NCBI GenBank assembly: GCA_937891895.1
Contig: CALATN010000218.1
Coordinates: 7,081 to 71,080 of the forward strand
Direction of reading: 5' to 3'
Length of the DNA: 64,000 nt
Origin: an uncultured Clostridia bacterium
GTDB taxonomy: Bacteria; Bacillota; Clostridia; Oscillospirales; Ruminococcaceae
Positions 17,825-26,891 of this stretch are shown one piece after another. Position 1 is the stretch's first letter, and each line of letters starts with the position of its first letter. Below the pieces are notes generated by a model, which saw nothing but the letters and a program-made list of their open reading frames with translations, had not been told where the DNA came from and made no database searches. The translations under genes were made by a program, and so were the position numbers.

Positions 17825-18696
17825 AAGGACCAACCAAAATGAACTTACCGAACTTCTACACAGATGATATTATAAAACGTGCTCTTGAAGAGGACATCAA
17901 CTACATAGACCTTGCAACCGACTACCTCCTTGACGACGAGGATATGTCAAGCGCTTCCTTTATCGCAAAGGCGGAGGGCGTCCTCTGCGGAATTGACATC
18001 GCTCTGCGTGTTTTCACACTTATCGACAGCGACGTTAAAACCGAAATCAGAATCAAGGACGGCGGCAAGGTTAACAAGGGCGACGTTATTGCTACAGTAA
18101 GCGGCAGAACAAAATCCATTCTCAAGGGTGAGAGAACTTCTCTCAACATTCTTCAGCACATGTCGGGCATTGCTTCCGAAACAGCGAAGTATGTTGCCTG
18201 CTGTGAGGGGACAAATTGTTCCGTTGCTGAAACAAGAAAGACACTTCCGGGACTTCGCTCCCTTGAAAAGTACGCTGTAACTGTCGGCGGCGGCAAGAAT
18301 CACCGCTTCAATCTTTCCGACGGCGCAATGCTGAAGGACAACCACATTGACGCTTACGGAAGCCTTACAAATGCAGTTGCGGCTCTCCGTGCAAAGATTG
18401 GTCATATGGTAAAAATCGAGGTTGAGGTGCGCAATCAGGACGAGCTGAGAGAAGCACTCAATTGTGCGGCGGATGTTATTATGCTTGACAATATGACACC
18501 TGCGCAGATGACAGACTGCGTGAAAATCGTTGACGAGGTTACGGCAGGAAAGTTCCGTCCCGTAATCGAGGCTTCGGGCAACATCACTCTTGAAAATGCC
18601 GCTGAAATCGCAAAGACAGGCGTTGACCTGTTCTCTGTGGGTGCGCTGACACACTCTGTCAAGGCATTCGATATTTCACTTAGAATTATTAAGTAA
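17821..18696 (+). CDS. nadC: nicotinate-nucleotide pyrophosphorylase (carboxylating)
   Basis: LKGERTSLNILQHMSGIASET, TRKTLPGLR, KNHRF, IEVEV...MLDNM, EASGNI. The ATG overlaps the upstream stop (ATGA). ATG 17839 is an alternative start. Confidence 0.85.
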   Translation: MKGPTKMNLPNFYTDDIIKRALEEDINYIDLATDYLLDDEDMSSASFIAKAEGVLCGIDIALRVFTLIDSDVKTEIRIKDGGKVNKGDVIATVSGRTKSILKGERTSLNILQHMSGIASETAKYVACCEGTNCSVAETRKTLPGLRSLEKYAVTVGGGKNHRFNLSDGAMLKDNHIDAYGSLTNAVAALRAKIGHMVKIEVEVRNQDELREALNCAADVIMLDNMTPAQMTDCVKIVDEVTAGKFRPVIEASGNITLENAAEIAKTGVDLFSVGALTHSVKAFDISLRIIK

Positions 18697-18738
18697 ATAA
18701 AACTTGGGGTAAATTTAAGATAAAGGAATAATGAGAAA

Positions 18739-21663
18739 ATGAGTAAAGTGTATTCACTGGGTATCGACGTAGGTTCAACGACAGTTAAAACGGTCATTCT
18801 TGACGATAACAGCGAGATAATCCGTTCACGCTATCAGCGCCATTTTTCCAAGGTAAGAGAAACGGTTGCGGAGCAGCTGGAGGAAATCGCAAATGAATAT
18901 TCGGGCTGTGAGTTCCGTTTAAGCATTACGGGCTCGGCAGGTCTTGGTCTTGCAAATGCGGCAGGTCTGCCTTTTGTGCAGGAGGTTTTCGGTGCGTTTA
19001 TCGCAGTAAATCACAGCTACCCCGACGCTGACGTTGTAATCGAGCTTGGCGGTGAGGACGCTAAAATCATCTTCCTGACTGGCGGCGTTGAACAGCGTAT
19101 GAACGGCTCCTGTGCAGGCGGTACAGGTGCGTTTATCGACCAGATGGCTACACTTCTCGGTATTACAACTGACGAAATGGACAATATGGCACTGAAGGCG
19201 GAGAAGCTTTATCCTATCGCTTCACGCTGCGGTGTTTTTGCTAAATCCGACATCCAGCCTTTGCTCAATCAGGGCGCAAAGCGCGAGGATATCGCCGCTT
19301 CAATTTTCCAGGCGGTAGTTGACCAGACAGTTTCGGGTCTTGCTCAGGGACGTGAAATCAAGGGAAAGGTTCTTTTCCTCGGCGGTCCTCTCTCTTTCCA
19401 GAAGGGTCTGCGCAAGGCTTTCGTGAACAGCCTCAAGCTTTCCGACGAGAATGCAATCTTCCCCGAAAATGCGCCTTGCTTTATGGCTTTCGGCTGTGCG
19501 CTCCACGCTAAGGAGTCCAGCGAGCCTATGGCAATTGACGAGGTTATCGAAAGAGTTAAAACAGCAAAGGCGAGCGACGACATCGTAACAGGCGAGCCGC
19601 TGTTTACCTCAAAGGAAGAATACAACAAGTTCGTTGACCGTCACAAGGCTTGTGACCTCAAATATGCTGATATCAATACCTACGAGGGCGAGGCTTACCT
19701 CGGTATCGACGCAGGCTCAACAACCACAAAGCTTGTGCTTATCACACCAAAGGGTGAGCTTCTTTATCAGCACTACTGCTCCAGTATGGGCAGACCGCTC
19801 GACATTATTTCCTCAAAGCTGAAGGAAATCTACAGTCTGACAGGCAACAGAATTACTATTGCTTCTTCTGCTGTAACAGGCTACGGTGAAGACCTCATCA
19901 AGGCTGGTCTTGGCATTGACAACGGTATCGTTGAAACCGTTGCACACTACAAGGCGGCAAGCTTCTTTGAGCCTGAGGTTGACTTCATTATCGACATCGG
20001 CGGTCAGGATATCAAGTGCTTCAAAATCAAGAACAAGGCTATCGACAGCATTATGCTCAACGAGGCTTGTTCCTCGGGATGCGGCTCATTTATCCAGACT
20101 TTTGCGCTTGCTCTCGGCTACGATATTGCTGAATTTTCTCAGCTTGGACTTTTTGCTGAACGTCCTGTTGACCTTGGCTCACGCTGTACAGTATTTATGA
20201 ACAGCTCCGTTAAGCAGGCACAGAAGGACGGCGCTTCCGTTGAGGATATTTCCGCAGGTCTTTCCGCTTCTATCATCAAGAACGCAATCTACAAGGTAAT
20301 CCGTGCTAAGTCTACGGACGAGCTTGGCAAGCATATCGTTGTTCAGGGCGGTACGTTCCTTAACGATGCAGTGCTCCGTTCCTTTGAGCTTGAGCTTGGC
20401 AGAAACGTTGTACGTCCTGCAATTGCTGGTCTTATGGGCGCATTCGGCTGTGCGCTTTATGCAATGGAAAACCGTAAGGAAAAGTCCACGCTTATTCCCG
20501 CAGAACAGCTTGAAAACTTTACATACTCCGCAAAGCAGATCAACTGTAACGGCTGTACCGCACACTGCGGTCTTACCGTTATCACCTTTGCTGACGGCCA
20601 CAAATTCATCAGCGGAAACCGCTGTGAAAAGGGTGCAGGCATAAAGGTGGACGGCGAAAAACTTTGTCTTTACGAATACAAATACAACCGCCTGCTCAGC
20701 GTTGTGGAGGAAAAGCCTGCACAGCCAAAGGCCAAGGTTGGTCTGCCGCTTTGCCTCGGCTTCTATGAGCAGCTTCCTTTCTGGCACAGAGCACTTACAG
20801 ACCTTGGTTTTGAAGTTATTATCAGCGAGGAAAGTACCCGTGACATCTACTACAAGGGTCAGCATACAATTCCATCCGATACGGTTTGTTACCCCGCAAA
20901 GCTTGCTCACGGCCATATTCTCAGCCTGCTTGAGCGCGGCGCAGATTTCATTTTCTACCCATGTGAAAGCTACAACATCGACGAGGGTCAGAGTGACAAC
21001 CACTACAACTGTCCTGTTGTTGCGTACTATCCTGAGCTGTTGAAGGCTAATACAAACGAGCTTAACGATGACAACTTCCTCCACCCGTATATCGACATCA
21101 ACCTTGAAAAGCACTTTGCCGAAGCAATGAGCAAGTCCCTTGCAAAGTACGGCGTAACAAAGGCGCAGGCAAAGGCTGTATGGGCCAAGTCCATGGAAGC
21201 TATGGAAAGCTACCGCAAGGACGTTGTGAAGAAGGGCGAGGAAATTATCGAAAAGGCAAGAGCAAAGAATATGCCGATTATTGTCCTTTCGGGACGTCCT
21301 TACCATATCGACCCCGAAATCAACCACGGTATCCAGAAGCTTATCACAAGTCTGGGACTCGCTGTTATCACAGAGGACAGCGTTGCTCACCTTGCAGATA
21401 CACCAACACTTACCGTACTTAACCAGTGGACTTATCATTCACGTCTTTACCGTGCCGCTAAGTACGTTACAACACAGCCCGATATGCAGCTTGTACAGCT
21501 TGTTTCATTCGGCTGCGGTATCGATGCTATCACAACCGACGAGGTGCGTTCAATCCTCGAAGACGGCGGCAAGCTCTATACACAGCTTAAAATCGACGAA
21601 ATCAATAACCTCGGCGCAGCTAAAATCAGACTCAGGAGTCTGGTTGCCGCAATGTCGAAGTAA
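18739..21663 (+). CDS. CoA-substrate-specific enzyme activase-like protein (two BadF/BadG/BcrA/BcrD-type ATPase domains + Cys cluster + DUF2229-like C-terminal domain)
   Basis: Two copies of the acetate/sugar-kinase-fold N-terminus (LGIDVGSTTVKTVIL and LGIDAGSTTTKLVLI). Cys motif CNGCTAHC...GNRCEKG. 974 aa. Confidence 0.75.
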   Translation: MSKVYSLGIDVGSTTVKTVILDDNSEIIRSRYQRHFSKVRETVAEQLEEIANEYSGCEFRLSITGSAGLGLANAAGLPFVQEVFGAFIAVNHSYPDADVVIELGGEDAKIIFLTGGVEQRMNGSCAGGTGAFIDQMATLLGITTDEMDNMALKAEKLYPIASRCGVFAKSDIQPLLNQGAKREDIAASIFQAVVDQTVSGLAQGREIKGKVLFLGGPLSFQKGLRKAFVNSLKLSDENAIFPENAPCFMAFGCALHAKESSEPMAIDEVIERVKTAKASDDIVTGEPLFTSKEEYNKFVDRHKACDLKYADINTYEGEAYLGIDAGSTTTKLVLITPKGELLYQHYCSSMGRPLDIISSKLKEIYSLTGNRITIASSAVTGYGEDLIKAGLGIDNGIVETVAHYKAASFFEPEVDFIIDIGGQDIKCFKIKNKAIDSIMLNEACSSGCGSFIQTFALALGYDIAEFSQLGLFAERPVDLGSRCTVFMNSSVKQAQKDGASVEDISAGLSASIIKNAIYKVIRAKSTDELGKHIVVQGGTFLNDAVLRSFELELGRNVVRPAIAGLMGAFGCALYAMENRKEKSTLIPAEQLENFTYSAKQINCNGCTAHCGLTVITFADGHKFISGNRCEKGAGIKVDGEKLCLYEYKYNRLLSVVEEKPAQPKAKVGLPLCLGFYEQLPFWHRALTDLGFEVIISEESTRDIYYKGQHTIPSDTVCYPAKLAHGHILSLLERGADFIFYPCESYNIDEGQSDNHYNCPVVAYYPELLKANTNELNDDNFLHPYIDINLEKHFAEAMSKSLAKYGVTKAQAKAVWAKSMEAMESYRKDVVKKGEEIIEKARAKNMPIIVLSGRPYHIDPEINHGIQKLITSLGLAVITEDSVAHLADTPTLTVLNQWTYHSRLYRAAKYVTTQPDMQLVQLVSFGCGIDAITTDEVRSILEDGGKLYTQLKIDEINNLGAAKIRLRSLVAAMSK

Positions 21664-21682
21664 AGAAAAAAATAATGGGTTT

Positions 21683-21900
21683 CCAAAGGGGACAGTGTCC
21701 CCTTTGGTAGGGTTTTTAGGGGCAACGCCCCTAAATCGCCGTCCGCAGACGGCGAAACTCCTAACCAAACGCTTGCGTTTGGTTTCTTCGCCCGCAGGCG
21801 TGCTTTAAGCGCATCTAAAGGGTGAATTTTGAGGCGGCAAGCCTCAAAAGAGGGATTTTCTGCAAGAGAGAAAATCCCTAACAATGGCGAAGCCATTGTT
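21683..21900. repeat. array of 7-8 head-to-tail GC-rich hairpins (REP/BIME-like)
   Basis: Stems at 21683-21707, 21715-21735, 21736-21755, 21763-21784, 21827-21849, 21851-79 and 21880-21900, each 8-11 bp with 3-7 nt loops. Confidence 0.85.
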
Positions 21901-21968
21901 TACAGCGCACGAAGTCACTGTCAATCTATCCGCATAAAACAAACCATACACAACAAGGAGAAGTCAAA

Positions 21969-22385
21969 ATGAAAAAATTCGCCATAATCACTTTTTTCTG
22001 GCTTTTGATTTTTGCTGTTTCACTTGCTGTCGGAATAAGAGTAGGCTTTTTCATAAGACCAAACGCTGAGGTTTATGCTGTTTGCGGTGATGAGAGTATC
22101 AGGCTTTCTGATGAGGATGCTGAACAGGTTGTCTATATTCTGCGTATGAAGTATGATACAGCAATAAGCGGCAAGTGTCCCCGTGATTATGAGGTTGGCT
22201 TTGACATTGACGGAAAACGTTATGAGATTGCTCTTGACGGGTGCAACAGCGTTGGTGTATATAATGCTGACGGTGAATACATTGGCGGCGGTTGTGCATT
22301 TTTTGAAGGCTACTCAGTCAATCCCTATTACTATAAATATTTTGACAATGAAGTTATTGGCGAATGTTTAAGTACGGACAATTAA
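21969..22385 (+). CDS. small membrane-anchored Cys-containing protein, unknown function
   Basis: RBS AAGGAGAAG. N-terminal TM FAIITFFWLLIFAVSLAVGI. Confidence 0.6.
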   Translation: MKKFAIITFFWLLIFAVSLAVGIRVGFFIRPNAEVYAVCGDESIRLSDEDAEQVVYILRMKYDTAISGKCPRDYEVGFDIDGKRYEIALDGCNSVGVYNADGEYIGGGCAFFEGYSVNPYYYKYFDNEVIGECLSTDN

Positions 22386-22405
22386 ATATGGGGACGGGGT
22401 AAATT

Positions 22406-23251
22406 ATGACACACGAAGAAATACTGAAATACTGTCTTTCAAAAAACGGTGCCTATGAAGATCACCCTTTTGGCGATGGGTCAACCGTTGTCAAGGTCAG
22501 AAAGCGTATTTTTGCACAGCTTTTTTATCTGAAAGGCGAACCAATGCTCACATTTAACGGTGATGCTATGACGGGTGATTTTTACAGAGCGATGTTCCCC
22601 GACGATGTAAAAAGAGGGTATCATTGTCCGCCTGTTCAACAGCCTTATTTCAACACCGTCAATCTGAATGGAAGTGTTCCCAATGAGGAAATTTTGCGAA
22701 TGCTTGACGGGTCTTACAGATATGTTGTTTCAAAGCTTGTAAAGAAGGTGCAGAAAGAATTGGCAATTGATACAAAAAACATAACACACCTTATCTTTGA
22801 CTGGGGCGACACGCTTATGGCTGATGACCCCGATATAAAACAGGCAATGTACCTGTGGGACAAAATCACGGTTATGCAGGGTGTTGCGGAAACAATGCCT
22901 TATCTGCACGGCAAATATGTCTGCACGGTCGGCTCAAATGCAGGCGAGTCGGACGCACTTGCTATGAAAAAAGCATTTGAGAGAGTAAGCCTTGACGGTT
23001 GTTTTGATTATTATTTCACATCAAAGGAGCTGGGTGCAAGAAAACCCGACACAGCTTTCTTTGACAGTATTGTGCAAAAGCTTGGCACGGTTGCTGAAAA
23101 TGCGGTTATGATTGGCAACGATTATGCAAAGGACATTTCGGGTGCTAAAAAAGCAGGTCTGAAAACGGTGCTGATTACTGCGGAAAAGGGAGATTATCCC
23201 GACGCAGATTTTGTTGTAAAAGCATTTGATGAGATTAAAGATATTTTATAG
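22406..23251 (+). CDS. fusion of MmcQ/YjbR-like domain and HAD-superfamily hydrolase
   Basis: N-terminus is YjbR-like (EILKYCLSKNGAYEDHPFGDGSTVVKVRKRIFAQL). The C-terminal half carries HAD motif I (LIFDWGDTL) and motif IV (IGNDYAKDISGAKKAGLKT). Confidence 0.7.
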   Translation: MTHEEILKYCLSKNGAYEDHPFGDGSTVVKVRKRIFAQLFYLKGEPMLTFNGDAMTGDFYRAMFPDDVKRGYHCPPVQQPYFNTVNLNGSVPNEEILRMLDGSYRYVVSKLVKKVQKELAIDTKNITHLIFDWGDTLMADDPDIKQAMYLWDKITVMQGVAETMPYLHGKYVCTVGSNAGESDALAMKKAFERVSLDGCFDYYFTSKELGARKPDTAFFDSIVQKLGTVAENAVMIGNDYAKDISGAKKAGLKTVLITAEKGDYPDADFVVKAFDEIKDIL

Positions 23252-23272
23252 TTTTTATCATAGGAATCACGT

Positions 23273-23498
23273 CTAAAACGTGTCACTGGCACATTTTAGA
23301 GGGCAGTATTGTTTTAAACTATAAAAGGAGGGGCGGTCTTGTTCGCCCCTCCTCGGAAAACTGTCGTTTTCCTCACCTCATGCTCCGTTTTATTGCATGG
23401 GGAATTTCGCCCTCTGCGGAGGGCGACCAAAGGCTCTGCCTTTGGAAACCGCAACCTTGAAAGGTTGACGAACTTTTTAGTCAGCAGCGTTGCTGCTG
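23273..23498. repeat. array of ~7 head-to-tail hairpins upstream of argJ (REP/BIME-like)
   Basis: Stems at 23273-23301, 23327-23352, 23355-23372, 23407-23426, 23427-23445, 23452-23467 and 23482-23498. Confidence 0.85.
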
Positions 23499-23526
23499 TA
23501 AAACACATACAAATAGGAGTTTTAAA

Positions 23527-24759
23527 ATGGAAAATTTCAAGATTATCGAAGGCGGCGTGTGTGCCGCAAAGGGCTTCAAGGCAAGCGGTCTTTACTGCGG
23601 CATCAAGGAGAACCCTACAAAGAAGAATGACATCTGTCTGATTGTTTCAGACGTTATGTGCAACGCGGCTGGCGTGTACACCTCAAACAAGGTCAAGGGT
23701 GCGCCTGTTGTTGTTACAAAGAACAACCTTGCAAAAAGCGGCGGTAAGGCTATGGCTGTTATCGCAAACTCAAAGAACGCCAACACCTGCAACGCTGACG
23801 GCGAGGAAAAGGCACTGGAAATGTGCAAGCTTACCGCTGACGCTCTCGGCATTGCACCAGAACAGGTTATCGTTGCTTCAACAGGCGTAATTGGTCAGAT
23901 ACTGCCTATCGAGCCAATCCGTGAAGCTGTCCCTGAGCTTGTGAAGAAGCTTTCCTACGATGGCAACCTTGAGGCTGCAACTGCTATTATGACAACCGAC
24001 ACCGTGAAGAAGGAGTACGCTGTTGAATTCGAAATCGGTGGCAAGCTTTGCAAAATGGGCGGTATGGCTAAGGGCAGCGGTATGATTCACCCTAATATGG
24101 CTACAACCCTCAACTTTATCACAACTGACTGTGCGATTTCTGCTGAGCTTCTCCAGAAAGCACTTTCCGAAATCGTGAAGATTACATATAACTGTCTTTC
24201 CGTTGACGGCGACCAGTCCACAAACGACACCTGTATGCTTATGTCCTCGGGACTTGCCGAAAATGCGGAAATTACTGAGGAAAACGCTGATTTTGCTACA
24301 TTCAAGGACGCTCTTTATCAGGTTATGGCTAACCTTACAAGAATGCTTGCAAAGGACGGCGAGGGTGCTACAAAGCTTCTTACCTGCGTTTGTTCCTCTG
24401 CACCTGACCTTGATACAGCTATCATTGTTGCAAAGAGCGTAATCCGTTCTCCGCTGTTCAAGTGCGCAATGTTCGGCGCTGACGCTAACTGGGGACGTGT
24501 TCTCTGTGCAATCGGTTACGCTGAGGCTGATTTCGACATCACAAAGGTTGATGTTGACCTTGGTTCAAAGGCTGGACGCATCGCAGTTTGCCGCAACGGT
24601 GCAGGTGTAGAATTTTCCGAGGATGAGGCAAAGGTTGTTCTCACCGAGGACGAAATCGAGATTTACATTGAGCTTAATTCGGGCGACGCAAAGGCAACAG
24701 CTTGGGGCTGTGACCTTACTTATGATTACGTTAAGATCAACGGGGATTACAGGTCTTAA
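23527..24759 (+). CDS. argJ: bifunctional ornithine acetyltransferase / N-acetylglutamate synthase
   Basis: GGVCAAKGFKASGLYCGIK, and the autoprocessing-site region GMIHPNMATTLNFITTD. 410 aa. Confidence 0.9.
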   Translation: MENFKIIEGGVCAAKGFKASGLYCGIKENPTKKNDICLIVSDVMCNAAGVYTSNKVKGAPVVVTKNNLAKSGGKAMAVIANSKNANTCNADGEEKALEMCKLTADALGIAPEQVIVASTGVIGQILPIEPIREAVPELVKKLSYDGNLEAATAIMTTDTVKKEYAVEFEIGGKLCKMGGMAKGSGMIHPNMATTLNFITTDCAISAELLQKALSEIVKITYNCLSVDGDQSTNDTCMLMSSGLAENAEITEENADFATFKDALYQVMANLTRMLAKDGEGATKLLTCVCSSAPDLDTAIIVAKSVIRSPLFKCAMFGADANWGRVLCAIGYAEADFDITKVDVDLGSKAGRIAVCRNGAGVEFSEDEAKVVLTEDEIEIYIELNSGDAKATAWGCDLTYDYVKINGDYRS

Positions 24760-24807
24760 TTCGCAATGCGTAATTCGTAATAATTTTACGCAAGGGAGAG
24801 AGTAGAA

Positions 24808-25362
24808 ATGACAGAGGGAAACGGCACTTTTGACCGTCAGATTGCGGTAAAATTCAATCGTCACCTTGAAAGCGGCGAGTATATCGTGTGGTGCGGAAGG
24901 GCACTTGCAAGCAAGGTAAACATCAGGCAGATGGGTACAAAGCTGTATTTGATTTTCTTCGCAACGATATGGACAGCTTTTGCGCTGTTCTGGACATTCG
25001 GTGTGTTCAGATCGGGTGGCGGTGTTATGGGTTTTTTCGGTGTACCGTTTATTATTATCGGCATTTTCCTTTTCATCAAGGCTTTCACTACAGGCAGTGA
25101 AAAGGCATACTTTGCGGTAACGAATATGCGTATTCTGAAAGTCAGCGGGCACGGCTTTGAAATGGAGTATCTGAAAAATGTTTCTTCCGTGCAGATAAAT
25201 GAAAAGGGCAAAAGGGCTGACATTACCTACTCAATCGAGTATCAGGGCGAACAGAACGTAATTGTTGGAAACGGTGCAATCTGCGGGCTTGACCCTGAGG
25301 AAGCGGAGAATGTGCGTTATATAATCGAAAGTGAAAGTTCAAAGGCGCATATGTATTCGTAA
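24808..25362 (+). CDS. membrane protein with bacterial PH-like (YdbS/YdbT-type) domain, paralog 1
   Basis: Two TM helices followed by AYFAVTNMRILKV. A tandem paralog follows. Confidence 0.6.
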   Translation: MTEGNGTFDRQIAVKFNRHLESGEYIVWCGRALASKVNIRQMGTKLYLIFFATIWTAFALFWTFGVFRSGGGVMGFFGVPFIIIGIFLFIKAFTTGSEKAYFAVTNMRILKVSGHGFEMEYLKNVSSVQINEKGKRADITYSIEYQGEQNVIVGNGAICGLDPEEAENVRYIIESESSKAHMYS

Positions 25363-25373
25363 CGGAGGAGAAA

Positions 25374-25949
25374 ATGTCGGAAAATAGCACTAATGGAATT
25401 GACGTGTTGCTTGAAAAGAAATTCAAGCGGTATCTGAAAAAAGATGAGTGTATTGTATGGGCAGGTGCTTCGCTTGAGGGCTATGAAAGTGGATGGGTTT
25501 TTTCTGAAAAAAGCCTGCACCTTGTTTTCGGCTTGCTGGTAGGGATTATGACTCTTGTATTTGCAGTTCCGACTATGCTTGTTGATGGCGAAATCAATTT
25601 TGTTGCTGTGGCGATTGTAGCGGTGTGTGTCGTGATTGTTGCAAATTCATTCAGAAAGCCAAAGCTGAAAAAAGCTTTTTTTGCGGTGACCAACAAACGT
25701 ATACTTACTCTGATATGGGGACAGTTATTTCAAACAGCCCTTAAAGATGTTGTTTCGGCAGAGTTGCGGCAGAGAACAGTGTATGAAAGCGGTATGCTGA
25801 TTGAAGCAAATGACGTTGTATACACAATTGAAAAATTATCGGGCAATGTGAGTCGGAAAGATTATATCGGTGGCTTCAGCGAGGAAGATGCGGAATTTGT
25901 CCGCAGAATTATTGAGGAAGAAAGTGCAAAGGCACTTGTTGAATTATAA
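25374..25949 (+). CDS. membrane protein with bacterial PH-like domain, paralog 2
   Basis: Same layout as paralog 1: ECIVWAGAS, two TM helices, AFFAVTNKRILTL, and an acidic C-terminus EEDAEFVRRIIEEES (compare EEAENVRYIIESES in paralog 1). Confidence 0.6.
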   Translation: MSENSTNGIDVLLEKKFKRYLKKDECIVWAGASLEGYESGWVFSEKSLHLVFGLLVGIMTLVFAVPTMLVDGEINFVAVAIVAVCVVIVANSFRKPKLKKAFFAVTNKRILTLIWGQLFQTALKDVVSAELRQRTVYESGMLIEANDVVYTIEKLSGNVSRKDYIGGFSEEDAEFVRRIIEEESAKALVEL

Positions 25950-25975
25950 ATAGAAAAAAGTTAGGAGAAAAGAAA

Positions 25976-26860
25976 ATGGATATCACAAATCTTACAAACG
26001 ATATTAAAATTGAAAACGAGGTGCGTTCTAAAATTCTTATTGACGCACTCCCATATATTCAGCGCTACAGCGGCAAGATTGTTGTTGTAAAGTACGGCGG
26101 CAACGCTATGACAAACGAGGCTCTGAAAGACGCTGTTATGAGCGACATCGTGCTCCTTTCCCTTGTTGGTGTAAAGGTTGTTCTTGTTCACGGCGGCGGT
26201 CCTGAAATCAACGATATGCTGAAAAGAGTGGGCATCGAAAGCAAATTCATCAACGGTCTGCGCTACACAGACGAGGCTACTGTTGATATCGTTAAGATGG
26301 TGCTTTCAGGCAAGGTCAACAAGGAGCTTGTTTCCCACCTTATCGAGCACGGCGGCAAGGCTCTCGGTCTTTGCGGCATTGACGGCGGCATGATTACTGC
26401 GCACAAGATGGAGGGCGAGGTTGACCTCGGTTTCGTGGGTGAAATTGTTGACGTGAACACAACTCCTATCATTGACGCTCTTGACAAGGGATATGTACCT
26501 GTTATTGCAACTGTTGCCTGCGATGAGGACGCTCAGACATACAACATTAACGCTGACACAGCTGCTGCAAGAATTGCGGCTGAACTCGGCGCTGAAAATC
26601 TCGTACTTATGACAGATATCGTGGGACTTCTCGAGGACAAGGACGACGACAGCACACTTATCCCTACAGTTCAGGTAAGTGAAGTTCCGTTCATGAAGAA
26701 GCAGGGTATCATCAGCGGCGGTATGATTCCTAAGATTGACTGCTGTGTTGAAGCTGTCAGACGCGGCGTACACAAGACCTGTATTATTGACGGACGTGTT
26801 CCTCACTCTATCCTTATCGAGCTTCTCACTAACGAGGGTATCGGCACACAGTTCATCTGA
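25976..26860 (+). CDS. argB: acetylglutamate kinase
   Basis: GKIVVVKYGGNAM, VLVHGGGPEI, NINADTAAA. Confidence 0.9.
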   Translation: MDITNLTNDIKIENEVRSKILIDALPYIQRYSGKIVVVKYGGNAMTNEALKDAVMSDIVLLSLVGVKVVLVHGGGPEINDMLKRVGIESKFINGLRYTDEATVDIVKMVLSGKVNKELVSHLIEHGGKALGLCGIDGGMITAHKMEGEVDLGFVGEIVDVNTTPIIDALDKGYVPVIATVACDEDAQTYNINADTAAARIAAELGAENLVLMTDIVGLLEDKDDDSTLIPTVQVSEVPFMKKQGIISGGMIPKIDCCVEAVRRGVHKTCIIDGRVPHSILIELLTNEGIGTQFI

Positions 26861-26891
26861 TTTTTGGTAATTCATTTGTGGGGGTGTTGTC

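Noticed and set aside
20179-21438. 419-aa antisense ORF inside the CoA-activase-like gene. Similar long antisense ORFs occur at 3186-4172, 26853-27782, 28317-29261, 34941-35747, 47024-47794 and 59549-60376.
   Set aside because: These are shadow ORFs on the strand opposite genes with clear family motifs. They are Cys/Ser/Leu-rich nonsense translations with no RBS.
23339-23641. 100-aa ORF spanning the hairpin array and overlapping the argJ start
   Set aside because: It reads straight through six palindromes and has a TTG start inside a hairpin stem. It overlaps the well-supported argJ start with its RBS.
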